64,000 nt of DNA from Candidatus Latescibacterota bacterium (GTDB lineage Bacteria; Latescibacterota; UBA2968; UBA8231), in contig OZ252098.1 of NCBI GenBank assembly GCA_965248355.1, forward strand, positions 5,024,001 through 5,088,000. The letters run 5' to 3'. Below are positions 33,315 through 42,990 of this stretch, piece after piece; within the stretch, counting starts at the first letter, position 1, and each line of letters begins with the position of its first letter. Position numbers and translations under genes: made by a program. The notes under the pieces are model-generated. The model saw nothing but the letters and a program-made list of their open reading frames with translations. It was not told the DNA's origin and did no database searches.

Positions 33315-33319
33315 GGCGC

Positions 33320-34276
33320 TCAGAGACCGCCCTGGGTCGACAGGCCGAGGGACAGTTGGTGTCCGGCCGGGAAGTTCCGGCCCGCGAGAGTACGCCGCAG
33401 GGCCAGTTCCGCCGCCGTCCGCCCGAAGAGGGTCCAGCCGACGGTGGGCGCCAGGTAGACGATCCTCTTCTTGAGGCTGGGGTTCTCGAAGCCGAAGGAC
33501 CGGCCCGCCTGGCCGTGCAGCAGCTCCAGCTTGAGGGCCAGCGTCAGCCGGGGCCCCGGCGACCAGCCCGCCTCGGCGTTGACCAGCCACTCGTCCCCGG
33601 GATCCCGCCGCACGTCCTCGTTCTCCATGCGCAGGCGGTAACCGGCTTCCAGGTTGGCGTAGGCCGGCAGGGGCCAGAAGGAACGCCCCGCCTGCACCAG
33701 AAAGTCGAAGTCCCACTGGCCCTCTCCCACCGGGATCAGGCCGTCCTGGTTCTTGAAGTCCCCCGTGGGGATCTTGAACCCGAGCTTGAAGGTCAGCACC
33801 GCCGGGCTCGTCAGGGCCCGGACCTTGGTGAAGACGCGCAGGTCGCTGATGCCGGCGTCCCTCGGCGGCTCGGCGCGGGTGGTGTCCTGGTAGACCTGGT
33901 CGAACCAGGGGACCTGGACGCCGACGTTCAGCCAGTCCGTGACCCCGTAGAAGCCCTCGGCGAAGACCGCCTGCGAGCGGTACTCGCCGCCGAAGCGATA
34001 GGGGCGCCGGGTCCCCGCCGGCAGTTGGGTGAGCTCGACGCCGGAGGCGGTCCGGATCACCCGCGGCTCCGGGCTGTCGATGTACCACTCGCTGGAGGTC
34101 TGGCGGAAGTAGCTGACCTTGCCCCAGAAGTGCGAGGCCGGCACCGTCCAGGCGCCGCCGAGGGCCGGGGCGGCCCAAAGGCCGATGACCAGCGCCCCGA
34201 TGGCGGCCCCGGACCATCCGCGGAAAGACCGGCGGATACGGGCCTTCAGGATGTGGATGCTCCCGGCGCCGGGCAC
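33320..34276 (-). CDS. Putative outer-membrane beta-barrel (MetA-pathway/phenol-degradation 'transporter'-like)
   Basis: Signal-like segment, amphipathic beta strands and G.SD..V..K, K.PTG, G.GQWD motifs. Confidence 0.55.
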   Translation of the reverse strand: MPGAGSIHILKARIRRSFRGWSGAAIGALVIGLWAAPALGGAWTVPASHFWGKVSYFRQTSSEWYIDSPEPRVIRTASGVELTQLPAGTRRPYRFGGEYRSQAVFAEGFYGVTDWLNVGVQVPWFDQVYQDTTRAEPPRDAGISDLRVFTKVRALTSPAVLTFKLGFKIPTGDFKNQDGLIPVGEGQWDFDFLVQAGRSFWPLPAYANLEAGYRLRMENEDVRRDPGDEWLVNAEAGWSPGPRLTLALKLELLHGQAGRSFGFENPSLKKRIVYLAPTVGWTLFGRTAAELALRRTLAGRNFPAGHQLSLGLSTQGGL

Positions 34277-34280
34277 CGGC

Positions 34281-34841
34281 TCAGGTCGCGTCCGTGCCCC
34301 TGGCCATGACCACCTTGCCGGTGCGCACCATCTCCCGCAGATCGAACTTGGCCAGCATCTTCTCGAGAGCGTCCATCTTCTCCGTGGTGCCCGTGGCTTC
34401 GAGGGTGATCGTCTCCTCGGAGATGTCCACCGTCTTGCCGCGGAAGACCTCGGCGATCTGCAGGACCTCGCTGCGCTGGGAGATGGTGCAGGCGACCTTG
34501 AGCAGGGCCAGCTCGCGGGTGACGGCGGCGTCGTCGGTGTGGTCGTGGGCGTGGATCACGTCGACGAGCTTGTCGAGCTGGAGGATGATCTGGTGCAGAG
34601 CGTCCGCCGGACCGGAGCAGGTGATCGTCATTCGCGAGGTGTCGGGGATGACGTGGGCGGGGGAGACCACCAGGGACTCGATGTTGTAGCCCCGCCGGCT
34701 GAAGACCTGGCTGATGCGCATGAGCACGCCGGGACGGTCGTTGACCAGCAGGCCGATGGTGGTCTTGCGGACCTCGGCGCCGAGGCCGACGCCGCGGCGG
34801 TAGGCGGCGGCGGCGACCTCCGTGGAGTTGCCGTTCTCCAT
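34281..34841 (-). CDS. ilvN: Acetolactate synthase regulatory subunit
   Basis: ACT domain LVNDRPGVL.RISQVFSRRGYNIESL, QLDKLVDV, RELALLKV and EMVRTG. TGATG overlap with ilvB. Confidence 0.95.
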   Translation of the reverse strand: MENGNSTEVAAAAYRRGVGLGAEVRKTTIGLLVNDRPGVLMRISQVFSRRGYNIESLVVSPAHVIPDTSRMTITCSGPADALHQIILQLDKLVDVIHAHDHTDDAAVTRELALLKVACTISQRSEVLQIAEVFRGKTVDISEETITLEATGTTEKMDALEKMLAKFDLREMVRTGKVVMARGTDAT

Positions 34842-36544
34842 CAGGTGCTCCCCGTCGGCTTGGCGAGCCTCCGCCGGGGCGGCTCGATGAGCATCTCGTG
34901 CACGGCGGCCCCCGCGGGGATCATGGGCCAGACGTTGTCCTCCTTCTCGCAGTGGCAGTGGACGACGGCCGGTCCCGAGTCGTGCTCGAGCATGCGCGTG
35001 AGGATCTTGTCGATGTCGGCGGTGCGCTTCAGGTGCCAGCCCTCGATGCCGTAGGCCGCCGCGAGCTTGACGAAGTCCGGGTTGCCCTCCAGGTCGACTC
35101 CGGAGAGGCGGTTGTCGAAGAACAGGTTCTGCCACTGCCGGACCATGCCGAGGTAGGCGTTGTCCATGACCAGCACCTTCACGGGCAGGTCGTGCACCGC
35201 CGCCGTGGCCAGCTCGCACATGGTCATCTGGAAGCCCCCGTCGCCGACGATGGCGACCACGGTCTCGTCGGGGCGGCCGAACTGGGCGCCCACGGCGGCC
35301 GGGAAGCCGTAGCCCATCGTCCCGGCGCCTCCCGAGGACAGCCACTGCCGGTGGTGGGCGGTGCGGTAGAACTGGGCCGCCCACATCTGGTGCTGTCCCA
35401 CGTCGGTGGAGACCACGGCCCGGCCCGCCGTGAGATGGTAGAGCCGGTCGAAGACGGCCTGCATCTTCAGGCCTCCCTTCTTCCCGTACTTGAGGGGATA
35501 CTTCTCCTTCCACTCGTCGATCCGGGCGAGCCAGTCGGCGGTGTCGAGGGGCCCCACCATGTTGATGAGCTCCTCGAGCACCTCGAGGGCGTCGCCCTGG
35601 ATGAAGACGTCGGGCATGACCACCTTGCCGTACTCCGCCGGGTCGATGTCGACGTGGATCTTGGCCGCGTCGGGACAGAACTCCTCCAGCTTGCCGGTGA
35701 TGCGGTCGTCCCAGCGGCCGCCCACGGACATGATCAGGTCGCAGCCCACGACCGCCTTGTTGGCGTAGGCCGTGCCGTGCATGCCGAGCATGCCCACGGA
35801 CAACTCGTGCTGCTCGGGGAAGGCGCCCTTGCCCAGCAGGGTGTTGGTCACCGGCATGCGCGTCTTCTCGGCGAAGGCCTTGGCGGCGTCGTGGGCCCCG
35901 GCGGCGATGGCGCCGCCCCCCAGGTAGAGGAGAGGGCGGCGGCTGCCGCGGAGCAGCTCCGCGGCCTCCCGCAACCGGTCCGGGTCGGCCTTGGAGCGCA
36001 CGCTGTACCCGGGCAGGTAGACGCGCTCGGGGAAGTCGGCGCGGCACTCGGCCGAGGTCACGTCCTTGGGCAGGTCCACCAGGACCGGCCCCTTGCGCCC
36101 GGTGGTGGCGATGTGGAAGGCCTCGTGCATGACCCGGGGGATGTCGTCCACGGCCTTGACCAGGTAGGAGTGCTTGACCACGGGCATGGAGATGCCGAAG
36201 ACGTCCGCCTCCTGGAAGGCGTCCTTGCCCAGCATGGGGGAGATCGTCTGTCCGGTGAGCACGACCATGGGCACCGAGTCCATGTGCGCCGTGAGCAGCC
36301 CGGTGATGGTGTTCGTGGCCCCCGGTCCGGAGGTGACCAGGACCACCCCCGGCTTGCCGGTGGCGCGGGCGTACCCGTCGGCCATGTGGGTGGCGCCCTG
36401 CTCGTGCCGGGTCAGGACGAAGCGGATGTCCTCCGAGTCGACCAGGGCGTCGAAGATGGGCATGGCGGCGCCGCCGGGATGGCCGAAGATGTATTCGCCC
36501 CCCTGACGTTCGACCGCGCGGATAACGGCGTCGGCACCTCTCAT
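34841..36544 (-). CDS. ilvB: Acetolactate synthase large subunit
   Basis: [37 protein letters not shown] and TPP motif GDGGF. ATG at 36544. Confidence 0.97.
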   Translation of the reverse strand: MRGADAVIRAVERQGGEYIFGHPGGAAMPIFDALVDSEDIRFVLTRHEQGATHMADGYARATGKPGVVLVTSGPGATNTITGLLTAHMDSVPMVVLTGQTISPMLGKDAFQEADVFGISMPVVKHSYLVKAVDDIPRVMHEAFHIATTGRKGPVLVDLPKDVTSAECRADFPERVYLPGYSVRSKADPDRLREAAELLRGSRRPLLYLGGGAIAAGAHDAAKAFAEKTRMPVTNTLLGKGAFPEQHELSVGMLGMHGTAYANKAVVGCDLIMSVGGRWDDRITGKLEEFCPDAAKIHVDIDPAEYGKVVMPDVFIQGDALEVLEELINMVGPLDTADWLARIDEWKEKYPLKYGKKGGLKMQAVFDRLYHLTAGRAVVSTDVGQHQMWAAQFYRTAHHRQWLSSGGAGTMGYGFPAAVGAQFGRPDETVVAIVGDGGFQMTMCELATAAVHDLPVKVLVMDNAYLGMVRQWQNLFFDNRLSGVDLEGNPDFVKLAAAYGIEGWHLKRTADIDKILTRMLEHDSGPAVVHCHCEKEDNVWPMIPAGAAVHEMLIEPPRRRLAKPTGST

Positions 36545-36625
36545 GGGGAGAGAACCTCCGGGTTGTGTATCGAAGATGTCACGAATTGCGCAACTTACGA
36601 GAACATTATGTTTCCCGCAGCGCTG

Positions 36626-36654
36626 AGTATAGCAATGAAACGGGATATTCGCAA
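36626..36654 (-). promoter_or_regulatory. Sigma70-like ilvBN promoter TTGCGA-17-TATACT
   Basis: Near-consensus hexamers with a 17-nt spacer in an AT-rich island. Confidence 0.65.
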
Positions 36655-36739
36655 GCGGCGGACGGGGATGCGTGCCGACTTGGGCCGGAATCATGCCACC
36701 ATCGGAGAACCGGACACCTGCCGATGCCCGGCGGCGCCC

Positions 36740-37840
36740 TCAGTCGCGCCAGTTCCGGCGCAGGAGGCGTAGCCAGTTGCGCGACAGGATTCCGGCCACG
36801 TCCTGCTCGCCGTAGCCCCGGTCCTGGAGGAGGGGGACCAGGTTCTGCAGATCGGCGATCGTGTTCAGGTCGCGCGGGGCCTGCTCGGCGCCGAAGCCGC
36901 CGTCGAGGTCGGTGCCGAGGCCGCAGTGGCGGCTGGTCCCCGTGACCTGGGCCACGTGGTCGATGTGATCGGCCACGCTCCGCAGGGTCGCGCCGGACTG
37001 CTGCTCCCAGGCCTGCAGGTCGCGCCGCCATCCCGGGTCGAGCATCCAGGAGTCGAAGGCGGCGCCGATGACGCCGTCGCGCCCGGCGATGTCGCGGATC
37101 ATGCCGTCGGTGAGCTGCCGCTGGCCGGGGGTGAGGGCGCGGCAGTTGTGATGGCTGGCGCAGACCGGCCCGTCATAGATCTCCAGCAGCTCCTGGTGCG
37201 CCTGGTCGGTCAGGTGCGTCACGTCCACCACGATCCCCGCCTCCTGCAGGGCCGCCAGCAGGGGGCGGGCTGGGGGCCGCAGGCCGCCCTCGGTGGCGGT
37301 GCCGTGGGAGTAGGTGCTCGTCCCGTAGTGGGACAGGCTGACCATGCGCAGCCCGAGGGCGTGCCACTCCGGCACCTGGTCCGGGCCGAGGATCGGGTCG
37401 GCGCTCTCCATGGTCAGCACGAGGCCCACCGGGGGGCCCGAGCCGTCGGCGCCGACCTCCGCCTTCTCCCACAGGGCGGCCGTCTCCTCGAGCTGGGCCC
37501 GGGTGCGGCAGATGCGCACGTGGCCGGCCCGCTCCAGGGCCTGGTAGCAGGCCAGGTGGCCGCGGCCGACGCCGTGGCACTGGCTCTGGACGTACATGCC
37601 CGTGCGCGTGGCCCGGTCTCCGGGGTCGATGCGCGACATGACGGTGGCGCAGACGATGCCCACGCGCCCCCTCCGCAGCTCGGGCAGGGTCACCGTGCAG
37701 CTGCCGAAGGACTCCATCGTCTCCACCGGGTCGTGGACGCGCACCGTGGCCGCCGGCTGGGTCAGATCGCGGTTCAGCTGCAGGGCGTTGAAGGCCAGGT
37801 CGAGATGGCTGTCGAGGATCAGGGGGGGCCTGGTGGTCAC
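36740..37840 (-). CDS. Membrane dipeptidase (M19/renal dipeptidase family), paralogue A
   Basis: DSHLD, MESAD, DVTH, ASHHN and GTDLDG motifs. GTGA overlap start at 37840. Confidence 0.88.
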   Translation of the reverse strand: MTTRPPLILDSHLDLAFNALQLNRDLTQPAATVRVHDPVETMESFGSCTVTLPELRRGRVGIVCATVMSRIDPGDRATRTGMYVQSQCHGVGRGHLACYQALERAGHVRICRTRAQLEETAALWEKAEVGADGSGPPVGLVLTMESADPILGPDQVPEWHALGLRMVSLSHYGTSTYSHGTATEGGLRPPARPLLAALQEAGIVVDVTHLTDQAHQELLEIYDGPVCASHHNCRALTPGQRQLTDGMIRDIAGRDGVIGAAFDSWMLDPGWRRDLQAWEQQSGATLRSVADHIDHVAQVTGTSRHCGLGTDLDGGFGAEQAPRDLNTIADLQNLVPLLQDRGYGEQDVAGILSRNWLRLLRRNWRD

Positions 37841-38970
37841 GGCATCACCTCCCCGAAGAACCGGAGCAGGTTCCCGTAGGCGATGCGGGCCACCTCCCCG
37901 GCCGAGTATCCGCGGCCCTCGAGGATGGCGAGGAACTTCTGCAGGTCGGCGATGGTGTCGTAGTCGACGGGGGCCCACTCGCGGCCGAAGCCGCCGTCGA
38001 GATCGGAGCCGATGGCGACGTGATCGCAGCTGCCAGTGAGCTGGCAGACGTGGTCGATGTGGTCCACCACGCCGGCCATGGTCCGGCGGGCGGTGCGAGG
38101 CGCGCTGCGCAGGTCGTCGAAGTCGATCGACGGGTTGAGCATCGGCTCGGCGAAGACCATGCCGATGACGCCGCCGCGCTCGGCCAGGGCGCGGATCATG
38201 TCGTCGGACAGGTGCCGCTGGCCGGCCACGAGGGCCCGGCACATGCAGTGACTGGCGTGGACGGGCCCCTCCCAGGCGTCGAGGATCTGCCAGAAGGTCA
38301 GGTCGGCGGCGTGGGTCAGGTCCAGGGCCACGCCGGCGTCGGCCAAGGCCTCCAGCAGCGGGTAGGCGCAGGCGTACAGGCCTCCCCGGGTGCCGGTGCC
38401 GTGTCCCCAGGTGTTGGCCCCGAAGTGGGTGATGCCCACCGAGCGCAGCCCTGCTTCCCACCAGTCGGCCACGTCCTCCGGGCCCAGGATGGGGTCGGCG
38501 CTCTCCATGCTGAGGATCAGCCCGATGGGGGTCTCGGGGGCGACGGCTGGCGCCTGCCAGAGATCGGCGGCGCGGCGCAGGTCCCCGGACGTCCGCAGGA
38601 AGGCGAGGGCTCCCTCCCGCTCGAGGGCCCGGTAGTAGTGGAGGTGGGCCTGGCCCATGGCGTGGGCGGCGAGCTGGGTGCGCATGCCGTCGGCGAGGGA
38701 CTCGTTCGGCAGCTGCACGCGGGACATGATCGTCGACAGGACGATGCCCACCCGTCCCTTGCGCATCTCCGGGAAGGAGACGGTGGCCACGCCGCCGAAC
38801 TCCTCCCGGGGGCGCTTGTTCAGGGCGTCGCGGTGCCCGGCGGCCGGAGTCACGCCGTCGCGGTAGGGGTCCTCGCGCTCGCGCAGCACCTGCGCCGGAC
38901 GGGTCAGGTCGCGGCGGAAGAACAGGGCGTTGAAGGCCAGATCGAGGTGGCCGTCGATGATCAGGTTCAT
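37837..38970 (-). CDS. Membrane dipeptidase (M19), paralogue B
   Basis: DGHLD, MESAD, DLTH, ASH and GSDLDG motifs. Confidence 0.88.
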   Translation of the reverse strand: MNLIIDGHLDLAFNALFFRRDLTRPAQVLREREDPYRDGVTPAAGHRDALNKRPREEFGGVATVSFPEMRKGRVGIVLSTIMSRVQLPNESLADGMRTQLAAHAMGQAHLHYYRALEREGALAFLRTSGDLRRAADLWQAPAVAPETPIGLILSMESADPILGPEDVADWWEAGLRSVGITHFGANTWGHGTGTRGGLYACAYPLLEALADAGVALDLTHAADLTFWQILDAWEGPVHASHCMCRALVAGQRHLSDDMIRALAERGGVIGMVFAEPMLNPSIDFDDLRSAPRTARRTMAGVVDHIDHVCQLTGSCDHVAIGSDLDGGFGREWAPVDYDTIADLQKFLAILEGRGYSAGEVARIAYGNLLRFFGEVMP

Positions 38971-38976
38971 CGGCGC

Positions 38977-40680
38977 TCAGAAGCGGAGCACGGTCTCGAT
39001 GGAGTGGATCTTGCGGCGCTGGATCCGGTCGTCGGCATCGCGCTCGAAGAGGAAGCGCGTGTCCCAGTAGACGGAGACGCCGTCCATCTCGAAGCCGATC
39101 TCGTATCCGTAGAAGGTGTCTTCCGTGGGCTCGAAGAAGCCGTCCTCCGAGCCGGGCGTCCCATCGGCGTCGAGGCGCCGGCCGATGTTGTTCTTCTGGT
39201 AGTAGAGGTCGACGCGGCCCAGCCTGGGTACCGACTTCATCACCATGGGCGACAGGCTCGCGTAGGCGTGGAGCTGGCGCTTCGAGGACGTCTCGCCGAG
39301 GAGATGCTCGTAGTCGGCGGCGCCCGTGGCCAGTCCGAAGAGCTCGGATTCCACGCGGCCGTAGACGCCGTTCAGGCTCTCGCCGCGGTTGAGGCGGGCG
39401 TCCTTCGGCGTGGCCCGGCCGGTGACCAGATCGAGTTTGGCCCGGTCGAGGTCGTAGAGGTTGTCGAAGTAGCCGGCCTCGAAGTCCTCCTGGAAGTAGC
39501 GGTACTCGATGCGGCCTTCGAAGGGCCCGGTCACGGCCCTCAGTCCCGGCGCCACGATGCCGTAGCCCATGGCCCTGCGGTTGCCGGCGGTCACGCCCTG
39601 GAGGCGGGCCTCGCCATGGGTGAGCTCGTCGTCGTCGTCGTGGAAGATTCCCAACTGGCTGTACAAGGTCAGGTTCAGCTGCGAGCCCTGTTTCCAGTGG
39701 TAGCCGGCGTCGAGGCCGAAGATCCCGAAGCGGTCGCCGCCGGCCCCGTGCTTGTTGAAGGGGTTCTTCCTCTGCACGTCGCGGTCGAGGCGGAGGCCGT
39801 CGTCCTCGAGGTCTTCGAGGGCGTTGACGATCCTGCGGCTCAGCTCGCTGCCGGGGTCGACGTCGAGGACGCCGTCGTTGTCGTCGTCGATGTCGCGGAT
39901 GTCGGGGACACCGTCGCCATCGTTGTCCTTGGCCACCCCGTCGTCCCGGGGGAAGGCGTCGACGGCGTCGGGATAGCCGTCGTCGTCGCGGTCGAGCAGT
40001 CCGGCGTACTGGTCGATGTCGAGCACGTAGGTGGCGCCCACCTCGACGCGCTCGGCGGCCCAGGTGAAGAGGCGCATGCCCACGAGGGCGCCGCCCTGCT
40101 GGAAGTCCTGAACGTTGTTGACCATCCCCTCCATCCCGAAGCGCCCGCCGCCGAGGTTCTCGAAACGGAACACGGTGCCCGTCTTCTTGATCCCCGGGTA
40201 CTCGAGGGTGTTTCGGTAGCGGTCCATGATCAGGCCGTAGCCGAAGGTGACGCGGTCGAGGGCGCCGATGCGCACGAAGACGGGGTCCCGCGGCTTGCCG
40301 TAGCGGACGTAGTAGATCTTGCGCAGGAGGGTGTCGAAGGTCTCGGCCGGGGTGCCGAAGGACCAGCCGCGGCTCTGGAAGGCGCCGTCCTCGCCGATGA
40401 ACAGCTCCAGGTCGAGGACCATGGCCGCCCGGCCCATGGGCACCTCCGGACGCAGGGCCAGGCGGTAGACCTGGCGGTTCTCCACCGTCATGGAGCCGAT
40501 GCTGGCGCTGTACCGGGAACCCGTCTCGTAGCGGCTGTCCCGCAGGCCGTCGCGCACGTCTCCCGCCGCCGGCTGGGCCGTCAGCAGGGCGCCGGCCAGG
40601 AGGGCGGAGCGGAGGGCCGCCGGCGGCCGGTTCGGGCCGGCGAGCCGTCCCGCCGGGCCCGGCGGGATGAACTTCGGCAA
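38977..40680 (-). CDS. Putative outer-membrane protein with inserted Asp-rich Ca-binding (thrombospondin type-3-like) repeats
   Basis: Signal peptide, DRDDDGYPDAVDAFP..DNDGDGVPD..DIDDDNDGVLD and C-terminal Phe. Confidence 0.6.
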   Translation of the reverse strand: MPKFIPPGPAGRLAGPNRPPAALRSALLAGALLTAQPAAGDVRDGLRDSRYETGSRYSASIGSMTVENRQVYRLALRPEVPMGRAAMVLDLELFIGEDGAFQSRGWSFGTPAETFDTLLRKIYYVRYGKPRDPVFVRIGALDRVTFGYGLIMDRYRNTLEYPGIKKTGTVFRFENLGGGRFGMEGMVNNVQDFQQGGALVGMRLFTWAAERVEVGATYVLDIDQYAGLLDRDDDGYPDAVDAFPRDDGVAKDNDGDGVPDIRDIDDDNDGVLDVDPGSELSRRIVNALEDLEDDGLRLDRDVQRKNPFNKHGAGGDRFGIFGLDAGYHWKQGSQLNLTLYSQLGIFHDDDDELTHGEARLQGVTAGNRRAMGYGIVAPGLRAVTGPFEGRIEYRYFQEDFEAGYFDNLYDLDRAKLDLVTGRATPKDARLNRGESLNGVYGRVESELFGLATGAADYEHLLGETSSKRQLHAYASLSPMVMKSVPRLGRVDLYYQKNNIGRRLDADGTPGSEDGFFEPTEDTFYGYEIGFEMDGVSVYWDTRFLFERDADDRIQRRKIHSIETVLRF

Positions 40681-40783
40681 GATTCTTCTTCTCTTAGTCT
40701 GTTGTTTTTTGGCCGGATCTGGCTTTGACTTGAACTGATTTTATGATAGGCAACATGGGTAGCCGATACCAACAGCGATCGAG

Positions 40784-42628
40784 GTGATCCCCTTGGAGAC
40801 ACTCAAGGACCTCCTGGAAGACAGTTTCGCCGCCCGCGCCGACCATCCCGCGGTGCGGTGCGTGACGCGCACCGGCGCCGGCGAGGCCTATGCTCCCGTG
40901 ACCTACGCCGAGCTGCGGGGCCTGCGCGACCGCCTGGCCGCCGGACTCGCCGGCCTCGGTCTGCGGCGGGGCCAGCGCGTGGGCATCCTCACCGACGGCG
41001 GCTTCGAGCCCCTGCTGGTCTTCCTCGCCGCCGATGCCCTCGGGCTGGTCTCCGTCCCCCTGTGCCACAAGTCCTCCACCGAGATCCTCGTCCACAACAT
41101 CTCCCGGTCGGGTCTGGAGCTGCTGCTCGTCGACGACCGCGGCCTGGAACCCTACAGCCGCGTGGGCCCGGCCCTGAGCCGCCCCCCGAGGCTGCTGCTG
41201 ACCCCGGGGACCGAGGGCGACGGGATCCCCTGGGAGGAGGCCCAGTCCGACGACGATCCTCCCGAGGTCGACGTATCCCCCGACGACGAGTCGAAGGTCC
41301 TCTTCACCTCCGGATCCTCCGGTCTGCCGAAGGGGGTGGTGCAGACCCATGGCAACATCGTCGCCAACGTGCGCTCCGTCTGGGACCTGATCAGCGAGAA
41401 GGAGGTCTGCCGGTTCTTCAAGTCCGCCCCGGACTACCACTCGATGGGGGTCCTCAACATCTACTACCCGCTGGCCAAGGGCTGGGTCCTCGACCTGGCG
41501 CGGTCGCCGGACCGCGTGCTCGCCGACATCCGCATCTCCGAGCCGGAGGGCTTCCTCACCGTGCCCCTCGTCCTCGACAAGGTCTACGGCAACGTCCGCA
41601 AGGAGATCGACGCCGGCGGGCTCAAGGGCCGGCTGGTGGAGCTGGCGGTCCGCTCCCGCGAGCGGGTCTCCCGTGGGACGGCCGGCTTCGGGAACCGTCT
41701 CGTCGATCGGACCCTCGGCGGCAAGGTGGTGGCCAAGATCAAGCAGCAGCTCTCCCGCCGCGTCGGCGCCGAGCTCGAGATCCTCGTCGTCGGCTCGGCC
41801 AAGGCCGATCCCGACGCCCTGGACTTCTTCCACTACGTCCTCGGCATCAAGTCCTACGAGGGCTACGGGGTCACCGAGTGCGCGCCCCTGATCGCCAGCA
41901 ACCACCTGGGCGGGCGGCGGGCCGGCACCGTGGGCCGCCCCCTCTTCGAGGTGAAGCTGGTGAGCGAGGAGGGCGCGGAGGTGGCCCGGGCCGAGCCGGC
42001 GAGCGATTCCTTCCACACCACCGATCCGGCGGCCGTGGGCGAGCTCTGGGTGAGCGGCGCCAACGTCATGCGGGGCTACCTCGACGATCCCGAGCAGACC
42101 TCCCGCGTGCTGGTGGAGGACGAGGAGGTGCCGGGCAAGCTCTGGTACCGCACCGGCGACCTCTTCAGCATGGACGAGGACGGCTTCCTGATCTTCCGCG
42201 GACGCGTCGGCCGCCAGTTCAAGCTGGCCAACGGCGAGTTCGTCAACCCCGAGCTGCTCGAGCGGATCTACTCGCGGGCTCCCCTGGCCGAGCACGTCCT
42301 CGTCACCGGCCAGCAGGCCTGGAGCCACCCGGTCATCGTCGTCACCGTCGACGTGGAGGAAGCCGGACGTCAGACGGACCTGCGCGGCCTGCCGTCCGGC
42401 GAGGACCAGTTGCGGGCCTTCGAGCCGCTCCACGAGCGCATCCGGCAGCAGTTGCTGGCCGAGGCCGACGGCGCCGGCCTCACCGGCCACGAGAGACCCG
42501 TGCGCCTGCTGGTCCTGCCCGAAGCGTTGTCGGAGGACGCGGGCACCCTTACCCGCGGACTGCGCAAGATCGTGCCCAAGTCGATCACCGAGCGGTTCGC
42601 AGGACCGATCGAAGCCGCCGCGGGCTAG
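40784..42628 (+). CDS. Long-chain acyl-CoA synthetase (AMP-binding enzyme)
   Basis: FTSGSSGLPKGV, YEGYGVTE, YRTGD and GR..KLANGEFVNPE motifs. Confidence 0.9.
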   Translation: MIPLETLKDLLEDSFAARADHPAVRCVTRTGAGEAYAPVTYAELRGLRDRLAAGLAGLGLRRGQRVGILTDGGFEPLLVFLAADALGLVSVPLCHKSSTEILVHNISRSGLELLLVDDRGLEPYSRVGPALSRPPRLLLTPGTEGDGIPWEEAQSDDDPPEVDVSPDDESKVLFTSGSSGLPKGVVQTHGNIVANVRSVWDLISEKEVCRFFKSAPDYHSMGVLNIYYPLAKGWVLDLARSPDRVLADIRISEPEGFLTVPLVLDKVYGNVRKEIDAGGLKGRLVELAVRSRERVSRGTAGFGNRLVDRTLGGKVVAKIKQQLSRRVGAELEILVVGSAKADPDALDFFHYVLGIKSYEGYGVTECAPLIASNHLGGRRAGTVGRPLFEVKLVSEEGAEVARAEPASDSFHTTDPAAVGELWVSGANVMRGYLDDPEQTSRVLVEDEEVPGKLWYRTGDLFSMDEDGFLIFRGRVGRQFKLANGEFVNPELLERIYSRAPLAEHVLVTGQQAWSHPVIVVTVDVEEAGRQTDLRGLPSGEDQLRAFEPLHERIRQQLLAEADGAGLTGHERPVRLLVLPEALSEDAGTLTRGLRKIVPKSITERFAGPIEAAAG

Positions 42629-42990
42629 CTTACGCGGCAACCGGGGAGCACGGAACCAGCTCCCCCGCTCCCCTGCGCGGCGCCGCGGGCCCCCTCCCGC
42701 CTGCCGCGGTTGCATGAAGCAGCTCCCCACCTGAGCGGCACCTTCCTCCCCGGAACGGCGAGGATCGTCTTCTCGCCCGGACCCCGCGCCAACCTCCCCG
42801 AGGCGGCGGGCCACGGCAACGACTGAAGCGGCACACCTCGTCGAGGGGTGCGCGAAGGCTGTCATCGACGTCCCCCGGGCCTTCGGTCTCGGGAGACGCG
42901 TGGCACCGCCCGGTGCACAAAGCACCGTGATTGGCCCGCCATCCGGCCTCGCACAAGGCCGGGCGCGGCCAGCGAGGGAGGGACGGCACC

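Noticed and set aside
42901..42917. TGGCAC...TGCA resembling a sigma54 promoter upstream of the adhesin
   Set aside because: GG-to-GC spacing is 11 nt rather than the required 10, so it is plausible only if there is an indel error.
42629..42990. Riboswitch or ncRNA in the long intergenic region
   Set aside because: Only generic GC-rich pairing was seen, with no recognisable conserved motif. An Rfam search would be needed.
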